DNA from: an uncultured Gemmataceae bacterium | GTDB taxonomy: Bacteria > Planctomycetota > Planctomycetia > Gemmatales > Gemmataceae | Length of the DNA: 64,000 nt | Direction: 5' to 3' | Assembly: GCA_963750165.1 (NCBI GenBank) | Contig: CAVVPN010000003.1 | Coordinates: forward strand, 3,008,001 to 3,072,000 | Shown here: piece by piece, positions 32,144 to 42,258 of the stretch | Layout of the letters: the number at the start of each line of letters is the position of its first letter | Position numbering within the stretch: the first letter of the stretch is position 1 | The notes under the pieces: model-generated | Databases searched by the model: none | What the model was told of the DNA's origin: nothing | Seen by the model: the letters and a program-made list of their open reading frames with translations, nothing else | Position numbers and translations under genes: made by a program

Positions 32144-32677
32144 TTACGTTTCGCGCGGGTGCTGTCGGCGGCGGTTGCGCCGGGCGTGGCGGCTGATTTG
32201 CAGCCACTCCGCCCGCAGACCGTCGCGGTCACCGGGCGGCCCGGTCAGACCCTTGCGGACCAGGTGCCGCCAGACCTGGTGATACAGACCGCCACAGGCC
32301 GCGTCGTCGCGGCGGGCGCGGATGGTCGCCGCCGAGCGCCGCTCCGCCTCGGCTTCGCTCATGTGCGTGTCGTAGAAGGCGCAGCCGAACGGCGCCGCGT
32401 CGTGAACCGCACACTTGCCGTCGAAGTGCCACTGGCAATGGCCGTTGGCCTGGCGGGCCGGGACCAGCGTGGGGAAGGGTTTTTCGGGCAGGGCGCGGAG
32501 GTGTTGCTCGGCCCAGCGGAACAGGTCCTCGCCGGGTGGACAGAGGCGCGTCAGGTCGTCCACGTCGAGGCTGCCGGGTAGGTGGCGGCACGGGGCGGCA
32601 CAGTAGGCGCAGTCGCAGACGGTGCGGCGGAAGCCGTGCTGTTCACGCTCCGGGCGCGGTTCCCCATCGGCGGTCAT
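32144..32677 (-). CDS. YkgJ/UPF0153-like cysteine-cluster protein
   Basis: CxCxxCxxxC ... C.....GKCAVH..AP.GC.FY pattern. Confidence 0.7.
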   Translation of the reverse strand: MTADGEPRPEREQHGFRRTVCDCAYCAAPCRHLPGSLDVDDLTRLCPPGEDLFRWAEQHLRALPEKPFPTLVPARQANGHCQWHFDGKCAVHDAAPFGCAFYDTHMSEAEAERRSAATIRARRDDAACGGLYHQVWRHLVRKGLTGPPGDRDGLRAEWLQISRHARRNRRRQHPRET

Positions 32678-32785
32678 TGCGATTCCCACGAAGAATGGTC
32701 AGCGCCGGGTTAAGTAAGTTACTGCCGCCGTCAGTCCTGCACGACGAGTTCATCGATCTTTTCGCCGGCGGTCTTGCGCACCATC

Positions 32786-33121
32786 TCAGTCCTCCGCCCC
32801 GCCGCCATCCCCGGAAAGTTGGTCGAGTTGCTTCTGGGACCTCACTTGCAATAGGTCTCCCCAAAGCCGGTGCAGTCGGTAGCGCAGCTGGTTGGCTGAT
32901 TTCAGCTCGTCAGGGGAGAAGTCTGCCTTCACGTCTCCGGTCCAGTCAGAGAGGTGGAGGGTGTAGAGCGCGCGCCCCCGGGCGTCTTCCCGCCTCTCCC
33001 ACTCGGCCTTGACTCGGGCAGCCGATGGCCCAAGGATTTCCTCAAGGCGATTCGTCGCTTGCTGCAGGAGCGCATGTTCTTCGCCACGCTGCCTGGTCTG
33101 GTCTGTGTATGTCACGTTCAT
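32786..33121 (-). CDS. Hypothetical protein
   Basis: Plausible protein composition, about 111 aa; purine-rich sequence upstream of ATG. Confidence 0.6.
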   Translation of the reverse strand: MNVTYTDQTRQRGEEHALLQQATNRLEEILGPSAARVKAEWERREDARGRALYTLHLSDWTGDVKADFSPDELKSANQLRYRLHRLWGDLLQVRSQKQLDQLSGDGGGAED

Positions 33122-33212
33122 GGGGCTTCCCCGAGATTCCGCCCACGCAAAGGTGGTGACCAATGGTTTTATACACTTCTGCCAGTCTTACGTCGTCAAG
33201 CCCATGATCGCT

Positions 33213-33320
33213 TAGAGCTATTGCAGATTGCGAATGAGTGTAGCGGAAGTCGCCAGACTTCCGAGCAGCACCGGACGGAAGTCTGGCGACTTCCGCTACA
33301 CCCAACTGCGAACCGCTCTA
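33213..33320. mobile_element. MITE-like element (TAGAGC...GCTCTA ends) carrying a GTAG REP doublet
   Basis: TAGAGCTATTGCA...TGCGAACCGCTCTA; internal REP at 33240-33299. Confidence 0.75.
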
Positions 33321-33423
33321 GCGGACAAAAGGCGAGCGGCGCGGCGTAAGCCCGCCGGTAACGCGATCTCACCGGCGGGCTTACGCCGCGCCGCTCGCCG
33401 CCAGCGTGAGTTTTGTCCGGTAG
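33318..33423. repeat. REP doublet inside a second inverted-repeat envelope
   Basis: CTAGCGGACAAAA / TTTTGTCCGGTAG flank the GGCGAGCGGCGCGGCGTAAGCCCGCCGGT hairpin (33331-33399). Confidence 0.7.
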
Positions 33424-33489
33424 CTCTTAGGGCGTGCAGGTCCTCGACCAGCGCCGCGCCGCGCGCCTTCAACCCTGCTGATCCGCCCT

Positions 33490-33747
33490 TCATGCCGAGC
33501 GCCGCCCATCCGCAAGCAGCCCCGACAACCCGGACTGCTCGTAGCGACGGCAGGCGCGCCAGACGGTCGCCTCGTCGCAGTCGTTCTGTTTGGCAACCTC
33601 GCCCGTGCGGCGGCCCTCGGCGATGGCCAGGACAATGCGGGCGCGCTGCACCTGGTATGTGGGCAGGCCATGGCCCTGCGCGATCCAGCGCAGCACCGGT
33701 TCATCGGCGGCGGCGAGCGTCAGCCGTCGCGGTTTTCGTCCACGCAT
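33490..33747 (-). mobile_element. IS630-family transposase N-terminal HTH fragment
   Basis: 'QRARIVLAIAEG....EVA.......TVWRACRRY...GL.GL.D..RS'; no DDE domain follows. Confidence 0.75.
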
Positions 33748-33896
33748 GGCGGCGGTCCCCCTCTGGCTTCTTGTTCACGGTCGCAGGATTTTAAGCGCCC
33801 TCGACCGTCCGGCGGTAGGGCGTTGGGATCAGGCGCCGACCCCCTGGGACGGGCGCTCCCCGTGCTGGGATGGGAGCCCGAAGGCTCTCGGTTTTT

Positions 33897-34664
33897 TCAC
33901 AACGTGTTGCCGAACAGTTCCTGCAATTTCTGCCGATAACTGCGGCTCAGCGTGAGTTTGGTGCCGTCGTGCAGCAGCACCACATAGTCGCCGTGAAACC
34001 ACGGCTGCAGTTCCTGGATGCGTTCGATGTTGACGATGGTGGAGCGGTGGATGCGGAGGAATTTATCCGGGTCGAGGCGGCCTTCCAGGCCGTTCATGGT
34101 CTCGCGAAGCAAGTGCGACTCGCTGCCGGCGTGCAGTTTCAGGTAGTTGCCGGCCGCCTCGATCCAGTCGATTTCCTCGACGCGCAAAAAGAACACCCGG
34201 CTGGCGGACTTGATGACGACACGGTCCAGAAACTTCCGGCCGCCGCGCGCGTCCTCCAGCAGCGCCCGCAGCTGCTGGCTGACCTCGTCGGTCTGCGCCC
34301 GGCCGATCTGCGTCCGCGCCCGCGCCAGCGCCCGGGCGAAGCGCTCGCGGTCGAACGGCTTGAGCAGGTAGTCCAGGGCGTGGACCTCGAAGGTGCGCAG
34401 GGCGTAGCGGTCGTAGGCGGTCACGAAGATGACGCTGGGTAATTGTTCGCTGCCGAGCGCCTCCAGCACGCCGAAGCCGTTCAGCTCCGGCATGCGCACG
34501 TCCAGGAAGAGCAGGTCGGGTTTGTGGTCGCGGATGGCGGCGACGGCCTTGACGCCATCTTCACATTCGCCGATGACCTCGACATCAGGCTCCGCCTCCA
34601 GCAGCGCCCGGATGCGCTGCCGGGCCAACGGCTCATCGTCGATAATCAAAATGCGTATGGCCAT
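33897..34664 (-). CDS. LytTR-family response regulator
   Basis: DDEPLAR, FLDVRMP, VTAYD, DYLLKP and FLRIHRS motifs. Confidence 0.95.
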   Translation of the reverse strand: MAIRILIIDDEPLARQRIRALLEAEPDVEVIGECEDGVKAVAAIRDHKPDLLFLDVRMPELNGFGVLEALGSEQLPSVIFVTAYDRYALRTFEVHALDYLLKPFDRERFARALARARTQIGRAQTDEVSQQLRALLEDARGGRKFLDRVVIKSASRVFFLRVEEIDWIEAAGNYLKLHAGSESHLLRETMNGLEGRLDPDKFLRIHRSTIVNIERIQELQPWFHGDYVVLLHDGTKLTLSRSYRQKLQELFGNTL

Positions 34665-35874
34665 CAGTCTCCCCCCGGGGTGGGCCGTGGTCGAACGACT
34701 GGGCGGCGCACACAGCCTGGTCGAACGGGTCCGGCGGGCGGTCGTCGGCTTCTCCGACTCCCTCGCGGTAAGGTACGGTGATGGTCACGACCACACCGCC
34801 CTCCGGTGGGCTGCTTATTGCGAACCGGTGGGCGTCGCTGTATAGCTGCCGTAGCCGGGCACGTGTGTTGGACAGCCCGACCCCTTCCGTGTAATTCGCC
34901 GCCAGACCGCCGCCATTGTCGCGTACCTGCAAATGCAAGCAATTCTGCTCACGGCGAGCCGCGATGGCGACGCGCACCGCGCCGCGCCGCGGCGCCACGC
35001 CGTGCCGGATAGCATTCTCGACAAGCGGTTGCAGAAGAAGGTTCGGGATCTGCGCGTCCATGACCTCAGCGTCCACGTCCAGCAGGACGCTCAGGCGCGG
35101 GCCAAGGCGGGCCTGTTCGATCTCCAGGTACGGCTTGATGAAGTCGAGTTCCTGGCGCAGCGTCACTTCCTGGGTGCCGGCCGTGTCCAGGGTGGAGCGC
35201 AGCAGTTCGCCCAGGCGGGCGATCATGCGGTCGGCCAGTTCCACGTCACGGTGGATCAGTGCCGAGATGGCGTTGAGCGTGTTGAACAGGAAGTGCGGCT
35301 GTAATTGCATCTTGAGTACCTGGAGCTGCGCGACGGCCAGTTGCGTCTCCAGCTGCGCGGCACGGAACTCCCGTTCGCGGTATTTCTGGTACAGCGCCAC
35401 CGCCTGGCCCAGACCGAGCACGACCCAGAAGACAGTCAGGTAGTAGAGGAAGCGGGCCCCGAAAAAGAGCTGAAACAGATCCCAGTCGCTTTTGCCCTGA
35501 ATGGGGGACCAGTCGGGGCGAACGATGCGTTCCCAGGGCACGTCAAGGGCGACCTTGAGCAGGGCGAGGCCGACGGAGGCGGACAGCAGGAGCAGCAGGG
35601 GCCGCCGCCAGTGGTGCTGCCCCACGGGGAAGCGCTGGGCCAGCCACCACATCACCGGCGCCAGCAGTCCCAGACCGTACCACCCCGCCATCGACAGCAC
35701 GACGCACTGCGTCAGCGTCATGTCCTCGCGCTGCAGCAGGTTGATGAGGAACCAGGTCTGACTGGCCTCGAAGGCGCCAAGGAACGTCCACAAGGCCAGT
35801 TGCAAGCCGACCCACCACCACAGCGACCGCCGTAGCAGGAGGTCCGTTGGGGCGATGGGAGAGGGGTGGGACAT
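34633..35874 (-). CDS. LytS/YehU-family membrane histidine kinase
   Basis: [24 protein letters not shown] and GVGLSN motifs; four TM helices. Confidence 0.95.
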   Translation of the reverse strand: MSHPSPIAPTDLLLRRSLWWWVGLQLALWTFLGAFEASQTWFLINLLQREDMTLTQCVVLSMAGWYGLGLLAPVMWWLAQRFPVGQHHWRRPLLLLLSASVGLALLKVALDVPWERIVRPDWSPIQGKSDWDLFQLFFGARFLYYLTVFWVVLGLGQAVALYQKYREREFRAAQLETQLAVAQLQVLKMQLQPHFLFNTLNAISALIHRDVELADRMIARLGELLRSTLDTAGTQEVTLRQELDFIKPYLEIEQARLGPRLSVLLDVDAEVMDAQIPNLLLQPLVENAIRHGVAPRRGAVRVAIAARREQNCLHLQVRDNGGGLAANYTEGVGLSNTRARLRQLYSDAHRFAISSPPEGGVVVTITVPYREGVGEADDRPPDPFDQAVCAAQSFDHGPPRGETDGHTHFDYRR

Positions 35875-35920
35875 GGTGGCTACAACGCCCTTCGGGTTGG
35901 TGTGTCGGCGGAAGGATCTG

Positions 35921-35962
35921 CTTCGTTCGTAGTACCGCCTTCAGGCGGTACTACGAACGAAG
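35921..35962. repeat. REP palindrome CTTCGTTCGTAGTACCGCC family (collapsed form)
   Basis: Same unit as 48821-48889 and 59438-59506. Confidence 0.85.
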
Positions 35963-35973
35963 AACGCACCGGT

Positions 35974-37521
35974 TCACGGCAACTTCAACGCCGTGCGCCA
36001 CTGCTGGGCGGTGGTGCCGGCGTCCTGGCCGGTCAAGTGGCGCAGCGCGTCCAGCGCCGCTTGCCGATAGGGCGAGTCGGCCTCCTGGCCCTCGAACTCC
36101 GCCAGATACACCGCGGCCTGTTGCCTGGTCAGCACCCGCGTGCGTACCAGGAAATCGAAGCGTTGCATCTCCGGCCAGGGTTTGGCGTTGGCCACCTTTT
36201 GCAGCAGCGAGAAGTCCTGTCGCAAGTAGGTGACGTCGGCCCGCACCAGGATGTCGGGGGTGCGGAACTGGCTGTAACTATCTAACGGCAGCGGCGTGCC
36301 AGGAATGGGCACCGCGCCGATGTCGGCGGTGATGTGCAGCTTGTCCAACCCGACCGACTCGGCCCGCACGCTCTTGTCCTCCACCTTCGGGGGCGTCTCG
36401 GTCGCCCGGACTTTACCGAACAATTCGGGCGTGTTCGCGGGCGGATGGCACAGCAGGCAATTGCGGTGATGATTGATGCGCACGAGTTCCCGCACCACAG
36501 GCACCTGCTGGCCGTTGACCATCTGCGGGGTCGGCGCCCGCGGGTCGGGCTCGTCCAGCAGCTTCACGAGTTCGGGCAGAAGGTCGGTGCGTTTGAGCCG
36601 CACGATGGCGTCGGCGGCGTTCCGGGCAACCGCGGGCCAGGGGTAACGCAGGCCGCGCAGCAGCAGCGGCGTCGCCGAAGCGGGGGCACATTTTTTCAGC
36701 GCCTCGACGGCGGCCAGGCGCGTCTCCGTGTTCTGGCCATAGATCGCCAACCGGGCCAGGGCCTCCACACTACGGCCCTTGTCCGGGCTGTTTTTTTCGA
36801 TGACTGCCAGGCACTGCGCCAGGCCCGGGTGAAAATACGGTTCCGGGCCGAGAACCTGCATCAGGACGGCAACGGCTGCCGCGGACTCCTTGCCCTTTTC
36901 TGTTTTCAGTTGGTCGCCGTACTCTGTCCAGAAGCCCTGGGCACGCTGTCGCAACCATGTCTTCTCGTCGGCCGGGTCCGGCTTGCTGCTCTTGGTTACG
37001 GGCTGGGCCGCTTCCACGGGTAACAGGTGCCGCACCTGACGAAGTTCTGCTTGAAACGCCTTGCGCTCCGCGGACGTGAGCCGGCAAGCATCGCCCAGCG
37101 TGAAGGGCAATCCCGCCAGGTCGGGGCGACTGGCCAGCAACCGCTCCATGAAGCGATCCGTTTTCTGGCCATTGAGGAAATTGATTTTGGCCAGCTGTCG
37201 GGCAATCTCGATCATGGCCTTTCTGCTGGCCGCCTCGCGTTCTTGTTTGCTCTTGCCACTGAACTTGAGGGCGTCCGGGTCCTGGAACTGCACTTCGGGA
37301 ACGTGCGTCAGGTCCGCCACGATCAGATTGCGGATCGGCACCGTTTTCGGCGGCACTGGCAGCAGATCCTTCAAGGGCGTTTTGGGGTCGATGTCGAAAT
37401 GATAACGATCAACCCAGATCCAGGGGTCGCGTTCGGCGCGCAGGGTCGGGGCCGCGGGGCCGAGGACTAGGAACGCCAGCGCCACGACCACGGCTCGTCT
37501 TGTCCAGGGAGTTCTGGCCAT
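35974..37521 (-). CDS. Secreted HEAT-repeat protein with a CxxCH motif
   Basis: Signal peptide; 'LRYPWPAVA..AA.A', NHHRNCLLCH and 'VRADVTYLRQDFS'. Confidence 0.75.
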   Translation of the reverse strand: MARTPWTRRAVVVALAFLVLGPAAPTLRAERDPWIWVDRYHFDIDPKTPLKDLLPVPPKTVPIRNLIVADLTHVPEVQFQDPDALKFSGKSKQEREAASRKAMIEIARQLAKINFLNGQKTDRFMERLLASRPDLAGLPFTLGDACRLTSAERKAFQAELRQVRHLLPVEAAQPVTKSSKPDPADEKTWLRQRAQGFWTEYGDQLKTEKGKESAAAVAVLMQVLGPEPYFHPGLAQCLAVIEKNSPDKGRSVEALARLAIYGQNTETRLAAVEALKKCAPASATPLLLRGLRYPWPAVARNAADAIVRLKRTDLLPELVKLLDEPDPRAPTPQMVNGQQVPVVRELVRINHHRNCLLCHPPANTPELFGKVRATETPPKVEDKSVRAESVGLDKLHITADIGAVPIPGTPLPLDSYSQFRTPDILVRADVTYLRQDFSLLQKVANAKPWPEMQRFDFLVRTRVLTRQQAAVYLAEFEGQEADSPYRQAALDALRHLTGQDAGTTAQQWRTALKLP

Positions 37522-37653
37522 GCTTCAGCCTCCTGCGGTTGGGGAAACGCCGACGGGTTCATCACATTTCCGCCAGTCTAATGCGGATCGCGTGAAGAGT
37601 AAACAAGGCTTATGTAACTTGTACGGCGTCTGGCGGGGTGATGTGCGACGGCC

Positions 37654-40600
37654 CTACGCCAGGCCATGCTTCTTCAGCCGGCTCAGAAACGTGCTGCGGT
37701 GCAGTCCGAGGGCGCGGGCGGCCTCCGCCTTGTTGCCGTGGGCCGCCGCCAGCGCCCGCACGATCAGCTCGCGCTCGCGGCGGTTGCGCTCCGACCGCTC
37801 CAGCCGCATCCCACCGGTCAGCCCCGCCGCGCGGACCGGCTGCCAGTCGAGCCCCGGCACTGCCTCGGCCGCGTCGGCGGACTGGGCGATCTCCGGCGGC
37901 AACTCCTGCACCGTGATGACCGGTCCCTCGGCGATGACCACCGCCCGCTCGATAACGTTCTCCAGCTGGCGGACGTTGCCCGGCCAGGCGTAGCCCTTCA
38001 GCGCCGCCAGCGCGTCGTCGTCGATCTGCGTGACCGCCTTGCGGCAGCGCTGCGCGGACTGGCGCAGAAGTACAGCGCCAGTTCGGGCACATCCTCCCAG
38101 CGCTCGCGCAGCGGCGGCGCCACGATCGGGAACACATTCAGGCGATAAAACAGGTCGAGTCGGAAGCGGCTCTGCTGGATCAGCGTCTCCAGGTCCTGGT
38201 GCGTCGCCGCCACGACGCGCACGTCCACCTTGATGCTGTCGCTGGAGCCGACGCGCTCGATGGTCATTTCTTGCAGGACGCGCAGCAGCTTCGTCTGCAC
38301 TTCCAGCGAGATGTCGCCGATTTCATCCAGAAACAGGGTGCCGCCGTGCGCCAGCTCGAAGCGGCCCGTCTTGTGGTCAATGGCCCCGGTGAATGCGCCG
38401 CGGACGTGTCCGAAGAGTTCGCTTTCCAGCAGGCTCGGCGTCAGCGCGGCGCAGTGGACTTTCACAAACGGCTTGCCGGCGCGGCGAATGTTCGTGGACG
38501 GCGCGCGCCAGCAGTTCCTTGCCGGTGCCGCTCTCGCCGCGCAGCAGCACGACGGTGCGGTCGTTGCTGGCGACCTTGCGCACCAGATCGAGCAGTTGCC
38601 GCACCAGTGGGCTGTTGCCAACGATGCCGTCGCTGACGTCAACCTTGTCGGCGTCGGGCGGCGGCGTGGCGGGCGGCCGGCGCAGCAGTGACTGCTTGCG
38701 TAGCTGCGTCTGCAGTGCCAGGATGCGCCGCTGCTGTTCGGAAATCTTCTCGACCTTGGCCTGCAAATCGCGGTTGAGCACTTCAATGGTGCGGTGTCCC
38801 TCGGCGTTCTCCAGCGCCAGCACGGTGATCTGCGCGAACGCCGCCAGCAGGTGCAGGTCTTCCTGTTGATAACTGCGCTCCTTCGGCCCGAGCAGCAGCA
38901 GCGCCAGCAGCCGGCCCTTGTGGACCAGCCCGTGCGCCACGGCGCCGCCCAGCAGCTGCAACTGGCGCTGCTCCAGGCGCAGTTCACCGCGGCCGGGCAC
39001 GAGCACGGCACTGCGGCGCTGCAGCGCCTCAATGAGCGGACAGCCGGGCGCCAGCTCCGCCACCGGCGGCTCCGGCCCCAGCGTCGCGGCCAGGCGGTAC
39101 AGCGGCGGCTCGCCCTCGCGCAGATACACCGCCCCCCGCGGCACGCCGAGCAGGTCCGCGGACGCCTGCAACAGCCGCCGGGCCAGCGTCGGCGGATCGA
39201 CCAGCTGTTCGACGGCCTGGCCGAGGCGCTGCAGCGTGCGGTCGAGGTGGTGCTTCTCGCGCGAGAAGCGGCGGTCGAGCGCTTTTTTCAGCCGGCTGCG
39301 GGCCAGGTCGAGCGCCAGCATGAGCACCAGTGCCGTCGTGCTGACGGTCAGCGCCTGCGTCAACGACGGGCCGGCGATCACCTGGCTGAACACCAGGGTG
39401 CCGAGGAAGACGACGCCGTAGTAGGCGACGCCCATGCCAACGCTGACGAGGAAGTAGCCGACGCCCGAGGTGATGATCTGGTCGAGTTCCATCAGGCGGT
39501 AGCGCGTGATGCTGACCGCGAAGGCGACTGTCAGGCTCGCCGAGGCCGCGAACATCGGCCAGGTGGCGGCACCGGCGCCGAAGTCGTCCGGCTTGCAGAC
39601 GGCCAGGTAAAGCGAGTAGCCGATCGGCACCAGTGACAGAACGGCCCCGCACAGAATCCACTTGACCTGCTGCCGTTCCATGCCCTCGCCGACGGAGTAG
39701 AAGCTGTGGACCAGGGCCACGACGCTGGCCAGATACCACAGGGCGGCGACGCAAAGGTAGACGTAAATGGTCTGGCGCAGCAGGTCCAGGGCGGCCCCCA
39801 CCTCGTCGGGGGCGGCGTGGCTTTGGTAGGTAATGCGGGCGTGCAAGTAGCAGGCCACCAGCGCCGCCAGGAAGGCGAGCGGCACGCCGTAGATGACCAC
39901 CAGCGTCCAGCGCGGATGTTGCACCAGGACGGCCTTGGGCCGCGGGAAGACGAGATAAAAGTGCAGGCTGACGACCGGCAGCAGCACGCCCGTGACCATG
40001 AAGCCGAGCAGCAGCACCGGTTGCGTGGCGATGTGCGGCCAGTGATAGCCGCCCATGTACGCCCCGAGCGTGACGATGCACAGCAGGAAGAACTGCGACG
40101 CCGCCGGGTCGCGCGGCCGCTTCCAGAACACCAGGGCGCCAACGACGAACAGCGATAGTTTCAGCAGGAACCAGAGGGTGGTCGGCACCAGGTCATCAAC
40201 GGGCAGACCGCCAAGGGCGAGCCAGCCGTGCAGCAGCGTCTTGTGACCGGTGTCCGGGTCGATGCGCTGGAAGACGGCATGGACCAGGATCAAATCGTGG
40301 CCGTCGTGGTGGTCGCGCCGGGCCCACGCTGGCCAATCGCTTGCCGCGCTGCCTTCCAGGGTGGTGCGCACGCGGCGGGGCATGCCCAGCAGTTCAGGCC
40401 AGGAGTCAATGGGCTCATCCGCCACCTGCACCACTTCATCGCCGCCGCGCGGCGTCAGGCCGCCGGGCTGGTCCGGCTGGAAAAAGCGCGGCTTCGTCCG
40501 AATCTCCTTGCCGAACGCGCTGCGCAGGCCCAGGTCCGGCATCGACAGGATGTAGGCCAGCACGCCGATGGCGTGGGCGCACACCAGCACCGCGGCCAGG

Positions 40601-40692
40601 ATGAGCAGGCAACGGCGCAGTCCCAACTGATGCAGCCAGAGCCCCAGCCGCCGCAACCAGACGGGTTCGCGCGACAGGTCTGAAAGTCGCAC
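37654..40692 (-). CDS. Membrane-anchored sigma54 enhancer-binding protein (multi-TM, GAF, AAA+, Fis HTH); frameshifts ~38480 and ~38068
   Basis: [45 protein letters not shown] and [11 protein letters not shown] motifs across three frames; GTG start with RBS. Confidence 0.88.
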
Positions 40693-40711
40693 CTCGACCC
40701 CCTTCGACGGT

Positions 40712-40731
40712 AGCGCCGAAAGTTCGGCGCT
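40712..40731. promoter_or_regulatory. Palindrome AGCGCCGAA-N2-TTCGGCGCT, putative bEBP operator
   Basis: Perfect 9-bp inverted repeat, repeated at 41016-41049. Confidence 0.55.
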
Positions 40732-41015
40732 GCGTCTTAAGCTGCTATTCCGTAAGCTTTTATTGAGGCGAACGGCGCTTCCACTCCGACGCCGTGGTTC
40801 CGATGTCTGTTTACTGTAATGGACGCAAAGATTAGAGTCAACCGTCCGGTTCGATCCCGCGTCGCCAACCGCCCGGAGACGCCACAATGAATGAATGTGC
40901 GAAAGTCCTCAGTTTCAAATGGGTTAAGACAACCATGCTGGATCGTGCGTTGCCAGATCCTCTTTTTTTTTGCCAGCCCAACCATTCTTTTCAAAGCACC
41001 TATCTCCCCAGGAGC

Positions 41016-41049
41016 AGCGCCGAAATTCGGCGCCGAAGCGCCGAAATTC
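41016..41049. promoter_or_regulatory. Putative upstream activator sequence (tandem GCGCCGAA sites)
   Basis: GCGCCGAAATTCGGCGCCGAAGCGCCGAAATTC, about 150-180 bp upstream of the sigma54 promoter in an AT-rich spacer. Confidence 0.6.
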
Positions 41050-41194
41050 AAAGTCAATTGCCTGAACTCGGTTTGTTTTTTCATGGTCGAAAAAGAGGTT
41101 CCGCTTAATAAGTTTGCCACAAACGTCGTACTTCAAATGCTTTAGTGAGATGAAGAACCTGCGAACGCTCGGGCGGCAGCCGGCCCCGGCCGTT

Positions 41195-41210
41195 TGGTAT
41201 GGGGAATGCA
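41195..41210 (+). promoter_or_regulatory. Sigma54 -24/-12 promoter
   Basis: TGGTATGGGGAATGCA: GG-N10-GC with correct spacing, divergent from the bEBP gene. Confidence 0.7.
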
Positions 41211-41291
41211 ACCGGGAGGGCCGACTTTTTGCGAACTGACGGTGTTGCCGGCTTTGCGTTGCGAGGAACAGATCGGAAGGGGAGCAGAGGC

Positions 41292-42179
41292 GTGAAGGCA
41301 TCCAGTGATTGGTTGGCGGCGGTGGGGATGGAATTTAGCGCGGGGGAGGGCCGATCAGGCGTGGCCCCACTGACGCACTACACCGTCAACTACCGCGAAT
41401 GGGGCGAAGGGCCGCCGTTGGTTCTGGTGCCGGGGCTGGCGGGCGGCTTCGAGTTGCTCGGGCCGCTGGCGCGGCTGCTGGCGCGGCACTTCCGCGTCAT
41501 CAGTTACCAGCTCCGCGGCGAGGACGACAGTTTCGCCCTGCGCCGCCCGTTCACGCTCGGAGATCTGGTGCAGGATCTGGCGGAGTTCCTGGACTGGCAC
41601 TGCCTGGAGAGCCCGACCGTGTTCGGCGTCTCGTTCGGAGCGGTGCTGGCCCTGGAGTTGGCGGCCCGGGCACCGCACCGTTTGGGGCACCTGATCGTGC
41701 AGGGCGCCGGGTCGCGTTTCGAGTACGGGCTGCTGCACCGCGTGGCCGGCACGGTCCTGTCGCGCTTCCCGCTGCCGGCGGACAATCCGTTCATCAACCA
41801 ATTTTTTAACCTCCTGTTCGGCGGCCGTCAGGAACCGGGGCCGCTGTTCAACTTCGTGACCCGGCAAATCTGGCAGACCGACCAGAGCGTCATGGCCCAC
41901 CGCCTGCGCCTGGTTGAGGCGTTCGACCTCAGCGGCCGCCTCGAGCGGCTGCGGATGCCGACGCTGCTCCTGGCCGGCGATCGCGACTTGCTGGTGTCGG
42001 AGCGCAGCTTGCAGACGCTGCACAACGGCGTGCCGCACGCCCGGCTGGTGCGCCTCAAGGGCTGCGGCCACCTGGCGTTCGTGACGCAGCCGGAGCGCGT
42101 GGCCGCGGAGGTGCAGCGCTTCCTGCGCCGCGATGAGGTTGCCCTGCTGAACGACGAGCCGCAGAACGACGCGGTGTAG
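41292..42179 (+). CDS. Alpha/beta fold hydrolase
   Basis: PLVLVPGL, GVSFG nucleophile elbow, GDRD and GH motifs. Confidence 0.88.
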   Translation: MKASSDWLAAVGMEFSAGEGRSGVAPLTHYTVNYREWGEGPPLVLVPGLAGGFELLGPLARLLARHFRVISYQLRGEDDSFALRRPFTLGDLVQDLAEFLDWHCLESPTVFGVSFGAVLALELAARAPHRLGHLIVQGAGSRFEYGLLHRVAGTVLSRFPLPADNPFINQFFNLLFGGRQEPGPLFNFVTRQIWQTDQSVMAHRLRLVEAFDLSGRLERLRMPTLLLAGDRDLLVSERSLQTLHNGVPHARLVRLKGCGHLAFVTQPERVAAEVQRFLRRDEVALLNDEPQNDAV

Positions 42180-42258
42180 GTTTGCCGGGGTGCGGGGCGT
42201 GGCCTATCCTTGCGTGTCCGTTGCGCCAGGTGGCCCCACCCTTTTTTCGGACGCACCC

